Positions 26,356-34,968 are shown, numbered from the stretch's first letter. The stretch is 42,063 nucleotides of DNA from Candidatus Poribacteria bacterium (GCA_024278235.1 JAJRTO010000107.1:1-42063); one strand, 5' to 3'. Numbers and translations: made by a program. The notes: generated by a model not told the origin, from the letters alone.

Positions 26356-28302
26356 ATGAGTCAAGACAAGAAATTCCCCTATCCGGGAATCCCAAATACT
26401 CGGGATGGCTCCGAAGCCGTTATTTATGTCGACTCGCATATTACGCAGGGTGCTTGTGCGTACCCGATCACGTCATCTTCCAAGATGGGGGAAGGATATG
26501 CTAAAGTCGTTGCCGATGGACAACAGAACTTGTGGGGAGAAACCCTTGCATTCATGGAACTGGAATCTGAGCACAGCTCCGCTTCGACATGTGAAGGGTT
26601 TGCCTTAGCTGGGGGCCGTGTCTCCAACTTCACTTCGGGTCAGGGACTCGTCTTGATGAAGGAAGTTCTCTACACGATTGCCGGCAAGCGTCTCCCGGTC
26701 GTGTTTCATATCGGTGCGCGAGCACTGACTTCTCAATCCCTCAACGTGCATGCAGGCCACGATGATGTGATGGCGGTCACTGACACGGGATGGGGGATGG
26801 TGTTTGCCAAGAACGCTCAGGAAGCTGGCGACCTGGCCCTGATCGCTCGGCGCGCTGCTGAAGATTCTGAGACACCCTTCATGGCCGTTCAGGATGGATT
26901 CCTGACGACTCATACAGTGGAATCGGTCCTGGATCCTGAACCCGAAATGATGCGCATCTATATCGGGCCCGCTTCCGAGAAGATACGCAATCTCATGGAT
27001 CCCGGCAATCCACTCATGATCGGCGTCGTCCAAAACCAGGATAGCTACATGAAGGGAAAGATCGCTCAACGCTATTACTACGACCAGGTAGAAGGGTTCC
27101 TTCAGAATGCGATGGATGAGTTCTACCATTTGACGGGTCGCCGTTACAACATGATCGAGTCCTATCGGCTCGAAGGTGCGGAATACGCGATCGTTTCGCT
27201 CGGTGGGGCAGCCGAGACAGCGATAACGACAGCGGACTACATCCGGGATACGATGGGAATTCCTGTGGGCGTGTTGCATCCCACCGTATTTCGACCTTTC
27301 CCCGGCCCTCAAATCGTGGATGCTCTCAAGCATGTCAAAGCGTTCTCCGTGTTGGAACGTATGGACAACCCGCTGGCTCAGTCGAATCCACTCACAGTGG
27401 AGATCAAAGCTGCATTTGCAGACGCGCTCAATGGGATACCTGACTATCCCCAGATCGACCGAATCCCACAGATCTATTCGGGAGCCGGCGGGCTGGGAAG
27501 CCGCGACATCCGTCCTGGCGACTTCATTGCGATGGTGCAGAACATGCGCCAGGAAGGTCCCAGGCGTTTCTTCGTGGTTGGGATCAAGCATGACCTGGCA
27601 CTCGACGGATCCTTCGACCCGGATATACGTCCGGCAGGTGCATTTTCCATGCGAGGACACTCGGTAGGCGGCTACGGATCGGTGACGACGAATAAGGTCA
27701 TCGCCACGATTCTTGGTTCACTCGGTCTCCATGTGCAGGCATATCCGAAGTATGGCTCAGAAAAGAAGGGGCTACCGACAACCTATTATCTGACAATTGC
27801 CGGAGAACCCATTCAGACTCACTGCGAGTTGGAGCAAGTGGAATTTGTCCCGCTGAATGATGTCAACGCATTTCGCACAGCGAATCCGCTCCACGGACTG
27901 CAAGAGGAGGGGATGATCTTCATCCAGAGCAGCAAAACCGAGCCGCAAGAGGTTTGGGATGCCATCCCGAAACGTGCTCAAAAGACCATCCGCGAGAAAC
28001 GCATCCGGGTGCTGTCGCTGGATACCGTAGCGATTGCACGTGACGTGGCAACTCAACCGGAACTCCAGCAGCGGATGCAAGGGATCGTGCTTCTGGGTAT
28101 CTTCCTCAAGAGCGCACCTTTTCTAAAGGAATTTGATCTGACCGAGGAACAGCTTTTTGAACGGGTGGAAGATGTCATCCGCCGCTTCTGGCAGAGGCTG
28201 GGGGAGCAGGTCGTTCAGGATAACTTGCAGGCCATTCGCAGAGGTTACTCTGAGGTGTTTGAAATCCCGCGAGAGATCATTGAACAGATGCAGGAAGGAT
28301 GA
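26356..28302 (+). CDS. Pyruvate/2-oxoacid:ferredoxin oxidoreductase, fused alpha (domains I-II) and gamma (domain III)
   Basis: N-terminal GSEAVIYVDSHITQGACAYPITSSS. The gamma-type segment GGYGSVTTNKVIATILGSLGLHVQAYPKYGSEKKG lies near the C-terminus. Confidence 0.85.
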   Translation: MSQDKKFPYPGIPNTRDGSEAVIYVDSHITQGACAYPITSSSKMGEGYAKVVADGQQNLWGETLAFMELESEHSSASTCEGFALAGGRVSNFTSGQGLVLMKEVLYTIAGKRLPVVFHIGARALTSQSLNVHAGHDDVMAVTDTGWGMVFAKNAQEAGDLALIARRAAEDSETPFMAVQDGFLTTHTVESVLDPEPEMMRIYIGPASEKIRNLMDPGNPLMIGVVQNQDSYMKGKIAQRYYYDQVEGFLQNAMDEFYHLTGRRYNMIESYRLEGAEYAIVSLGGAAETAITTADYIRDTMGIPVGVLHPTVFRPFPGPQIVDALKHVKAFSVLERMDNPLAQSNPLTVEIKAAFADALNGIPDYPQIDRIPQIYSGAGGLGSRDIRPGDFIAMVQNMRQEGPRRFFVVGIKHDLALDGSFDPDIRPAGAFSMRGHSVGGYGSVTTNKVIATILGSLGLHVQAYPKYGSEKKGLPTTYYLTIAGEPIQTHCELEQVEFVPLNDVNAFRTANPLHGLQEEGMIFIQSSKTEPQEVWDAIPKRAQKTIREKRIRVLSLDTVAIARDVATQPELQQRMQGIVLLGIFLKSAPFLKEFDLTEEQLFERVEDVIRRFWQRLGEQVVQDNLQAIRRGYSEVFEIPREIIEQMQEG

Positions 28303-28565
28303 TCCCACGGACCGACAGGATGCAAGAAGAAACGGGGAAACAATCGATGCTAACCAAGATCATAGACCACATTGAATACACTCAGACAGAAGATGGTTGG
28401 ATGTCGCGCAAAATTCACGATAGCGGTGGATCGATCATGGCCCACAAGATCGGCGATGGTGAGATTGAGGCTATCCAGGCAGGAAAACGACCTGCGTGGA
28501 CCATCATTGGACTCCCCAGGATCATCGTAAATGATGCACTGTTCAAGGAGACAGACGAACAGTAA
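28299..28565 (+). CDS. 88-aa hypothetical protein wedged between the PFOR subunit genes
   Basis: ATGA overlap with the upstream gene. Its TAA is immediately followed by the next ORF in the same frame. It has no Cys residues and no recognised motif; an internal ATG at 28347 is also possible. Confidence 0.4.
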   Translation: MIPRTDRMQEETGKQSMLTKIIDHIEYTQTEDGWMSRKIHDSGGSIMAHKIGDGEIEAIQAGKRPAWTIIGLPRIIVNDALFKETDEQ

Positions 28566-30233
28566 ATGCGTAGAAAGGATAGAAGGATGAATGAGACCCC
28601 TGTCGCCGTACCGACAGATGAGGGAAAGCGCCCAAGACTGCTGGACATGGACGATTTTAACAGTCGGGTGATCGATGCTTACAATGAAGGTACGGCAGAA
28701 CGCGGTCTGGAAGCTGATACGGATACTGCGCGCAGTATCGTGACGGCAGGGAGCGCTGTTTATCGTGATTTCAGCTACATTGCCCCGGAAATCCCGCTCT
28801 ATGATCCTGCTAATTGCGTTGGTTGTATGGAATGCGTCATTGAGTGCCCCGACACCGCCATCCTGGGTAAGGTCATCGAGAAGGATACTCTTGAGAAAGA
28901 ACTTCAGAGTATCGAAGATCCTGTTGAAAGAGATGGTCTAAGAGCACGATTCGCAGAAACCCAGAAATACACGACCACCTACGAGAAAAAAGGAGAGGAA
29001 GGTGGCCTGTTTGGCATCTTCATCGATCCAACCAAGTGCAAAGGCTGTGCGGAGTGCATCGAAGCGTGCGGCGATCATCAAGCACTCTCCATGATCTCAA
29101 AGACGGAAACAAACCTCGAACAGTATCGCAGGTCATTCAACTTCTTCAAGCGACTCCCCAACACGCCGAAACGATTCATCAACGAGCGGCTGCTGAGCGA
29201 TATGATGCTCACGGAGGATGCCCTCCTCTATGTGGGTGGCGCAGGTTCCTGCATGGGTTGCGGCGAAGGGACGGTGCTCCGGATGATGCTGGCAGCGACA
29301 GGCTTTGTCTATGGTGACGAGAATATCGGTCTCGTAGCGGCTACCGGGTGCAACACGGTGTACACTTCGACCTATCCATACAACCCTTATCTGGTCCCCT
29401 GGGCAAACTCGCTCTTTGAAAATGTGGCAACTTTTGGCATGGGGGTCCGCGCTCGATGGAACCAGATGGGCTGGCAGAACAAACGGTTATGGTGTATCGG
29501 CGGGGATGGAGCCATCCTGGACATCGGTTTTCAGGCACTCTCGCGGATGCTCGCATCGGGTATGGATATCAAAGTCCTCGTGCTCGACACACAACTCTAC
29601 TCGAATACGGGTGGACAGGCTTCCACAGCAAGCTTCATGGCCCAACGTTCCGACATGGCAGAATTCGGCAAGGTAATGAAAGGGAAGCAGGAACGACGAA
29701 AGGAACTCGCCAACATCTGCATGATGCACCCCGATGTGTTCGTTGCTCAGACCACCGCAGCACATTTCAATCACTTCTATCGGGCAATCATCGCGGCAAA
29801 CGAATATCCGGGGCCGGCTGTCATCATGGCTTACACGACCTGCCAGCCAGAGCACGGGATCGCCGACAATATGGCGATGCACCAGGCCAAGCTCGCTGTC
29901 GATTCACGCGCATTTCCTCTGCTGATCCATGATCCCCGCAAAGGAGAACGACTCAGTGAACGGCTGGATCTCAGGGGAAATCCCGGGGTCAAAGAGGATT
30001 GGTATACGATTCCGAAAACGGGCGAACAGATCGACTTCATCACCTTTGCCCGCACAGAAGGTCGCTTTTCCAAGCACTTTGGCAAGGATGGGAAACCCTC
30101 TAAAGAGCTGTTGGTGGCCCAACAAGACCGGTTGGCGAACTGGCGGTTGCTTCAAGAACTAGCAGGTATCATGAGGGATGAGCCGTCCAAATCGAAGTCC
30201 CCTGTGAAAAAGACAGGGAAGACGGCATCATGA
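28566..30233 (+). CDS. Pyruvate/2-oxoacid:ferredoxin oxidoreductase, fused delta (2x[4Fe-4S]) and beta (TPP-binding)
   Basis: CVGCMECVIECPD and CKGCAECIEACGD cluster motifs. TPP motif GGDGAILDIG...DTQLYSNTGGQ. The real start may be ATG at 28587 (MNETP), which has AAGGA upstream. Confidence 0.85.
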   Translation: MRRKDRRMNETPVAVPTDEGKRPRLLDMDDFNSRVIDAYNEGTAERGLEADTDTARSIVTAGSAVYRDFSYIAPEIPLYDPANCVGCMECVIECPDTAILGKVIEKDTLEKELQSIEDPVERDGLRARFAETQKYTTTYEKKGEEGGLFGIFIDPTKCKGCAECIEACGDHQALSMISKTETNLEQYRRSFNFFKRLPNTPKRFINERLLSDMMLTEDALLYVGGAGSCMGCGEGTVLRMMLAATGFVYGDENIGLVAATGCNTVYTSTYPYNPYLVPWANSLFENVATFGMGVRARWNQMGWQNKRLWCIGGDGAILDIGFQALSRMLASGMDIKVLVLDTQLYSNTGGQASTASFMAQRSDMAEFGKVMKGKQERRKELANICMMHPDVFVAQTTAAHFNHFYRAIIAANEYPGPAVIMAYTTCQPEHGIADNMAMHQAKLAVDSRAFPLLIHDPRKGERLSERLDLRGNPGVKEDWYTIPKTGEQIDFITFARTEGRFSKHFGKDGKPSKELLVAQQDRLANWRLLQELAGIMRDEPSKSKSPVKKTGKTAS

Positions 30234-31063
30234 AGCTCGGTACACATACTTCCGGGGGCCCGACCAAAGCGATTGGAGTGGGCAATAAACTTGGATGCGA
30301 TAGCATCCAGCTATTTACATCCAATCCAAATCGATGGCGGCCTACCGAGATCACAGATGAGGTTGCCCGGAAGTTTCGCAGTGACTGGGCAGCTTCGTCG
30401 ATTGATCCCATCTTGTCCCACGATTCTTACCTGATCAACATCGCTTCGTCCAAGCCGAAAATCCTCCATCAATCACGGCGCGCTTTACATCTTGAGATCG
30501 AACGTTGCGCGAAGCTGGGTATCCCCTATGTCAACATGCATCCGGGGGCGCACGTCGGGGCCGGGGAAGAGGAGGGCCTGAAAATACTGGTGGACAGTTT
30601 GAATGACGTGCTCGCCAAAACGATAAATAGCAGCGTTTCGATCTTGCTTGAGACCACAGCAGGTCAGGGGACGAACCTGGGTTATCGCTTCGAGCACCTA
30701 CGCCACGCGATGGATCGCGTGGAGCAGCAAGAACGGATTGGGGTCTGTTTGGATACGTGCCATATCTTCGCCGCAGGTTATGATATTCGTACTGAAGAGG
30801 GATATGAACGGACATTCCAACAGTTTGATCAGATCATCGGTTTTCAGCACCTCAAGATGTTTCACATCAACGATGCCAAATCTACTTACGGGAGCCGAGT
30901 GGACCGCCATGAGAACATCGGCAAGGGCAATATCGGCTTGGAGCCGTTCCGATGGCTGATGAATGATCCCCGTTTCGAGCAGATTCCCATGATCCTTGAG
31001 ACACCCAACTCTGAAGAGATGCATCCGGTGGATCTGAAGATACTGCGCGACCTTGAGGAGTGA
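30230..31063 (+). CDS. nfo: Endonuclease IV (AP endonuclease family 2)
   Basis: 277 aa with LETTAGQG, VCLDTCHIFAAGYD and HINDAK motifs. ATGA overlap with the PFOR beta gene. Confidence 0.88.
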   Translation: MKLGTHTSGGPTKAIGVGNKLGCDSIQLFTSNPNRWRPTEITDEVARKFRSDWAASSIDPILSHDSYLINIASSKPKILHQSRRALHLEIERCAKLGIPYVNMHPGAHVGAGEEEGLKILVDSLNDVLAKTINSSVSILLETTAGQGTNLGYRFEHLRHAMDRVEQQERIGVCLDTCHIFAAGYDIRTEEGYERTFQQFDQIIGFQHLKMFHINDAKSTYGSRVDRHENIGKGNIGLEPFRWLMNDPRFEQIPMILETPNSEEMHPVDLKILRDLEE

Positions 31064-31070
31064 TCAGAGA

Positions 31071-31253
31071 ATGGTTGGCCCTAGTGAGATCGTCGTCCTG
31101 TTGCTGATTCTCCTGATCGTTGTCATCGCAGCCCGTTATCGGACGAAACGCATCTGTCCCAATTGCGGATTTGCTATTCAGACTTACGCACGTCAATGCC
31201 CTGAGTGCGGCATAATATTCCCCCGCAAGGAACCCACAAAACGTAGGGAGTGA
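31071..31253 (+). CDS. 60-aa membrane-anchored zinc-ribbon mini-protein
   Basis: N-terminal hydrophobic helix IVVLLLILLIVVIAA followed by CPNCG-x11-CPECG. Confidence 0.5.
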   Translation: MVGPSEIVVLLLILLIVVIAARYRTKRICPNCGFAIQTYARQCPECGIIFPRKEPTKRRE

Positions 31254-31262
31254 CTCTGACAC

Positions 31263-32042
31263 ATGAAAGACAACTTACAGCATCGCATGGAAATCGCTGC
31301 GGAAACCGCCTGGGAAGCTGGCAAGATCACACTCCGTTACTTTCAGACCAAAATCGATGTGGAGATCAAAACCGATCAGACGCCGGTGACCGTTGCCGAT
31401 AAGGAATCGGAAGCGTTTATCTATCAGACGATCCACCGTGAGTTTCCAGAAGATGGCTTCCTCGGTGAGGAGCGTGGCGAACGTCCCGGTTCTTCAGGCT
31501 ATCGTTGGATCGTCGATCCGATTGATGGCACCAAGTCATTCATTCAGGGGGTTCCTCTCTATGGCGTGATGATCGCACTCGCGGATCCCTCAGACGAACC
31601 TGTGATCGGAGCCATTGCACTTCCGGGACTTGACGAACTGATCGTTGCCGCACGTGGCGAGGGTTGCTATTGGAATGGACGTCGTGCATGGGTGTCCGAC
31701 ATCCAGCAACTCTCGGATAGCTGTGTCCTCTTCACTGATCTGGATGGGTTTACTGAGACCGGGACGGTGGCCGCATTTGAACGCATCTGCTCCGAAGCCC
31801 GCGTCGTGCGCGGTTGGGGAGATTGCTACGGACACATCCTTGTGGCGACGGGGAGAGCCGAGGTGATGCTGGATCCGATTCTCGCGGATTGGGATGCTGC
31901 CGCACTCCTGCCCATCGTCGAAGAAGCGGGAGGTACATTCACCGACTGGTCAGGTAACCGAACAGCCTACGGTAAGAGCGGCATTTCAACCAATGGGAAA
32001 GTCACGGCTGAATTGCGTCAGGTGGTGACATCGACTTCTTGA
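31263..32042 (+). CDS. Inositol monophosphatase family protein (SuhB/HisN-like)
   Basis: FLGEE, WIVDPIDGTKSF and GWGDCYG motifs of the IMPase fold. Confidence 0.85.
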   Translation: MKDNLQHRMEIAAETAWEAGKITLRYFQTKIDVEIKTDQTPVTVADKESEAFIYQTIHREFPEDGFLGEERGERPGSSGYRWIVDPIDGTKSFIQGVPLYGVMIALADPSDEPVIGAIALPGLDELIVAARGEGCYWNGRRAWVSDIQQLSDSCVLFTDLDGFTETGTVAAFERICSEARVVRGWGDCYGHILVATGRAEVMLDPILADWDAAALLPIVEEAGGTFTDWSGNRTAYGKSGISTNGKVTAELRQVVTSTS

Positions 32043-32076
32043 TAGATGCGTTACGCTCGTAGAATGATGTTTCTCA

Positions 32077-32122
32077 CACGAGTTTTTCAGTGAGCTGAGT
32101 AGAGCGTGCAGCTTGCTCGTTC
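32077..32122 (-). repeat. Inverted single copy of the window-start repeat element (17-mer flank plus 24 nt of the 27-mer)
   Basis: CACGAGTTTTTCAGTGA (32077-32093) is the reverse complement of 156-172. GTAGAGCGTGCAGCTTGCTCGTTC (32099-32122) is the reverse complement of 127-150. Confidence 0.9.
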
Positions 32123-32165
32123 CGGTACGCTCCCATCCTGACCAACAAGCTGGCAAGAACAAGCT

Positions 32166-32220
32166 GGCAGCATGCTCTACTTCCGTTGTGCAGCTTGGCC
32201 GTCCCGTAGAGCGTGCTGCC
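32166..32220 (-). terminator. 15-bp-stem hairpin abutting the acylase stop codon, built from degenerate copies of the same repeat
   Basis: GGCAGCATGCTCTAC (32166-32180) pairs with GTAGAGCGTGCTGCC (32206-32220) at 14 of 15 positions. There is no clear U-run. Confidence 0.4.
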
Positions 32221-32221
32221 A

Positions 32222-34279
32222 TCAGGGCAACGTCAATTTGAGCGTCGATTCCAGATGCTCCATCAGTTCCTCTTTCTGGTACCAGGTGGACTTGAGCCGG
32301 CGATTCGCACAGAGCTGTTCCCCCTGATCCGTGTAATGGGGTGAGTCGGGATACTCGCTCTGGCCATAGGGTACAGCGCTGTAGGAGGTCACCGGCTGCT
32401 TGAGCACCACCACGGTGGGCAGTATCTGTCCACTCCGCATGTAGGCGACACCCTTTTCGTCCGGATCGTGTGTGCCGATAGCCCGGAGCGTGACCATCCC
32501 ATGATAGGCGATCCCCGCAAGCGGCCAACTTCGGTCGCCACGTCTGGCCCGATGCACCTCTCCCCAGGGGACCTCGATCCCTCCGTACACCTGCTGCATC
32601 TGCGCCACCGCCTTGCCGAGCGCCTTCAGCAACTGCCCCTGCTCTTTCTCCGAGAGTCCATCCTGCAGGTTGACCTCCCGCGCGCCCGCCATCCACCAGT
32701 AGCTGTAGAGCGTCATGCCGACCCGGTCGATCTCGGCGAGCTGATCCCACTCGGTGATGACACGCACCGCATCCGCCAGTTCGGCGGCTTCGTCCTGGTG
32801 AGCTTCGTAGCTTTCTGCGAGTGCCTGCTGGTATCTGTCCGCGCCGAAAAGCTGGATGTCGAGCGCGATCTGGATCGCCTGTTCGACGGTCACCTTGCCA
32901 TCGAGTTCCTCCATGATTTCGAGGAAGCGACTCCCCCGCGTGTTGGTGCCATCGTTCGAGGCATTGTAGAGGTAATCGCGGTAACGTTCGCGCACCATCG
33001 GGCTGTCGAAGGTCATCGTGCCGGGCGAGATGTTGCAGTTCTGCATGACCCCTGCGGGGGGATTGAGGATCTGTACCAGATCTTGCAGGTCATGGATCCC
33101 GAGCCATTCCGTGGCGGAGGTATTCCCGGGCACCGGCCGGCTCCAGTCATAACCCTCCGGCCGGATCGGCACCATCCCCGTGCGCAGGTAGTACATGTTG
33201 CCAACCACATCCCCGTACATGATATTCTGTGGCATGAACTGCCGCATCGAGAGCGCGTCGATGAACTCGCCCAGGTTGCGTGACTTTGCCATCCGGTACA
33301 ACTGCTCGGCGAGCTTGACCTCCCTGCGATAGGGAAGCGCCATCGCGTATGCCTTGCCGTTCTCTTGATGCACGATCGGCCCGTGATGAGTGAACAGGAT
33401 CTCCCGCTCTACCATCTGGATGCCCTGATCCGTCTTGACGCGGATCTGCGTCTTTTCGACCTCGATGTCACGCCATTCGCCGTCATAGCGATACTGAAGT
33501 GGGTTTTCGGGATTGATCTCTTCTTCATAGATGTCAGACGTATCAGGCCCTCCCGTGGTCGCCGCCCAGGAGAGGTAATCGTTGTGCCCCAGGCCGATGA
33601 ATGCAGCTCCTGTGGGCACGAACCCGTAGGCGTTCAGATCGCCTCCATGCAGATGGCTCTCGAAGAAGAGCGACTCCCCCGACGCTGCGAGGTGCGGATC
33701 GATGCAGGCGATCACGGCATCTTCAGCGGAGAGGCGCTTGCCGATCACCCACTGGTTCGAGCCTCGCCCTGAATCGGGTTCCTGCGGACGACGCTCCAGA
33801 TCGCTCCACGCCTGTCCGACGGGCCAACCCCAGATGAAGTAGCGTGCAAAAGCGACGACGTGGTAGGGCTCCAGATCGACCGTCCACTCGGGCACACGCT
33901 CCGGATGCTCCGCCATGTACGCCTTGACGCCTGCGACGAACGCCTCGATCCCCTCACGTACTTCCGGGGCCAATGTGTGATAGTATTTCCGTGCCATCTT
34001 CTCATGCTCGAACACCCGCTGGCGGTAGTCATGTTCGACCCAATCCTCGCCAAACGCCTCAGCCATCGTGCCCACAGCCTTACGATAGGAGCGCATCATC
34101 GTCCCGAGACGATCCTCCGCCTGGGCGTATCCCTGGCCGTAGAGCGCTGCACGTTCGCTCTCGCCATAGATGTGGGGCACACCCCACGTATCCCGGTAGA
34201 TGGTGACCTCCTCCGCAGTGATAGCGGAGGGAACGACGAACATGATCAGCAAAAATGAGATTACGAAAATGGTTGGCAT
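32222..34279 (-). CDS. Penicillin acylase family Ntn-hydrolase (the family includes AHL acylases)
   Basis: 685 aa from ATG at 34279, with AAGGAGG 5 nt upstream (6 nt from the GGAGG core) and signal peptide MPTIFVISFLLIMFVVPSAITA. The GSNQWVIG segment contains the SNxW nucleophile motif. GC is clearly higher than in neighbouring genes. Confidence 0.85.
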   Translation of the reverse strand: MPTIFVISFLLIMFVVPSAITAEEVTIYRDTWGVPHIYGESERAALYGQGYAQAEDRLGTMMRSYRKAVGTMAEAFGEDWVEHDYRQRVFEHEKMARKYYHTLAPEVREGIEAFVAGVKAYMAEHPERVPEWTVDLEPYHVVAFARYFIWGWPVGQAWSDLERRPQEPDSGRGSNQWVIGKRLSAEDAVIACIDPHLAASGESLFFESHLHGGDLNAYGFVPTGAAFIGLGHNDYLSWAATTGGPDTSDIYEEEINPENPLQYRYDGEWRDIEVEKTQIRVKTDQGIQMVEREILFTHHGPIVHQENGKAYAMALPYRREVKLAEQLYRMAKSRNLGEFIDALSMRQFMPQNIMYGDVVGNMYYLRTGMVPIRPEGYDWSRPVPGNTSATEWLGIHDLQDLVQILNPPAGVMQNCNISPGTMTFDSPMVRERYRDYLYNASNDGTNTRGSRFLEIMEELDGKVTVEQAIQIALDIQLFGADRYQQALAESYEAHQDEAAELADAVRVITEWDQLAEIDRVGMTLYSYWWMAGAREVNLQDGLSEKEQGQLLKALGKAVAQMQQVYGGIEVPWGEVHRARRGDRSWPLAGIAYHGMVTLRAIGTHDPDEKGVAYMRSGQILPTVVVLKQPVTSYSAVPYGQSEYPDSPHYTDQGEQLCANRRLKSTWYQKEELMEHLESTLKLTLP

Positions 34280-34296
34280 GCTTACCTCCTTCGAAA

Positions 34297-34375
34297 AACG
34301 TTCAACGTTCAACGTTCAACGTTCAACGTTCCTGGTTCTAACGTTCCAAACGTTCCAAACGTTCACACGTTCCAA
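34297..34375. repeat. AACGTT-based microsatellite: 5 perfect AACGTTC heptamers followed by about 3.5 AACGTTCCA-type nonamers
   Basis: Heptamers at 34297-34331; AACGTTCCA at 34340-34348 and 34349-34357; AACGTTCAC at 34358-34366; ACGTTCC at 34367-34373. The array lies 18-96 nt upstream of the acylase ATG. Confidence 0.95.
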
Positions 34376-34475
34376 CATTCAGCACCCTGTTCCGTGCGAT
34401 GTCGATTGGCGGCCAGATCAAGTGTGAACACCTCATTCCAGATGTGCTTCTCAGCCCGGCTATGGGTTTTTCTTG

Positions 34476-34504
34476 ATTCTACCCGCCGTCAGGAAGGTTG
34501 TCAA
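34476..34504 (-). promoter_or_regulatory. Near-consensus sigma70-like promoter upstream of the acylase gene
   Basis: Minus strand reads TTGACA (34504-34499), a 17-nt spacer, then TAGAAT (34481-34476). This implies a leader of about 190 nt that contains the AACGTT array. Confidence 0.55.
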
Positions 34505-34725
34505 GCCGCACAGCGGAAAGCGGCGGCTGAACCACGGAATCCTGGAAACCCCGGAATGCACGGAACCGCCCCTTCCATGTCCTCCGCGCCCTCCGGCTCT
34601 CCGTGATTCAAATCCCCATCCGGTACTTGATGTCGTAGTTGATGATGATTCCTCGGAGAACCGATTTTCTTTGCGCCTTTGCATCCCGGCGAGATGTCTC
34701 TTGCTTCCTCTCGCGATAATGCGTA

Positions 34726-34968
34726 CTACTGGAATTCCATCTTTCGGTACAGAGCGAGGCTGTCCCTGAAAATCTCCCATGCGGATTTCTCAGAGTTGGC
34801 GCGCATGCTGATATAGCACTGATCGCACTGGTTCGATGAACCGCGTCGAGCGCGGCAGCCGTGGATCTGCTCGAAAAGCTCTAGATCGACGAGCGGCATC
34901 TCCACCCGGGCGTTGGCCTGTCGCAGTTGTGCGATGTATGCTTGCCGTTCTGCAGCGTTCAGCATCAT
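34726..34968 (-). CDS. Possible 80-aa orphan protein (C-x9-C-x2-C); coding status doubtful
   Basis: MMLNAAERQAYIAQLRQANARVEMPLVDLELFEQIHGCRARRGSSNQCDQCYISMRANSEKSAWEIFRDSLALYRKMEFQ. No SD is seen. The TTG start at 35094 in the track coincides with the predicted transcription start. Confidence 0.25.
   Translation of the reverse strand: MMLNAAERQAYIAQLRQANARVEMPLVDLELFEQIHGCRARRGSSNQCDQCYISMRANSEKSAWEIFRDSLALYRKMEFQ

Noticed and set aside
34297-34375. Reading the AACGTT array as stacked ECF-type promoters (GGAAC -35 and CGT -10 cores)
   Set aside because: Given the 7- and 9-nt periodicities, the available GGAAC-to-CGT spacings are about 6, 8, 13, 14, 20, 21 and 23 nt. None matches the canonical 16-17 nt. 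A consensus sigma70-type promoter lies upstream instead.
34484-34530. GTCAGGAAGG...GCCGC string vaguely like the SRP RNA domain IV motif
   Set aside because: It matches only a few bases of GUCAGGUCCGGAAGGAAGCAGC. It lacks the symmetric-loop context. It overlaps a consensus-like promoter on the opposite strand, which explains the region better.
34596-34625. tRNA T-arm-like string GATTCAAATCCCC, suggesting a tRNA, a tmRNA 3' end or an att remnant
   Set aside because: The flanking bases do not form a T-stem (CGTGA versus TCCCC). No acceptor, anticodon or D arm could be built on either strand.
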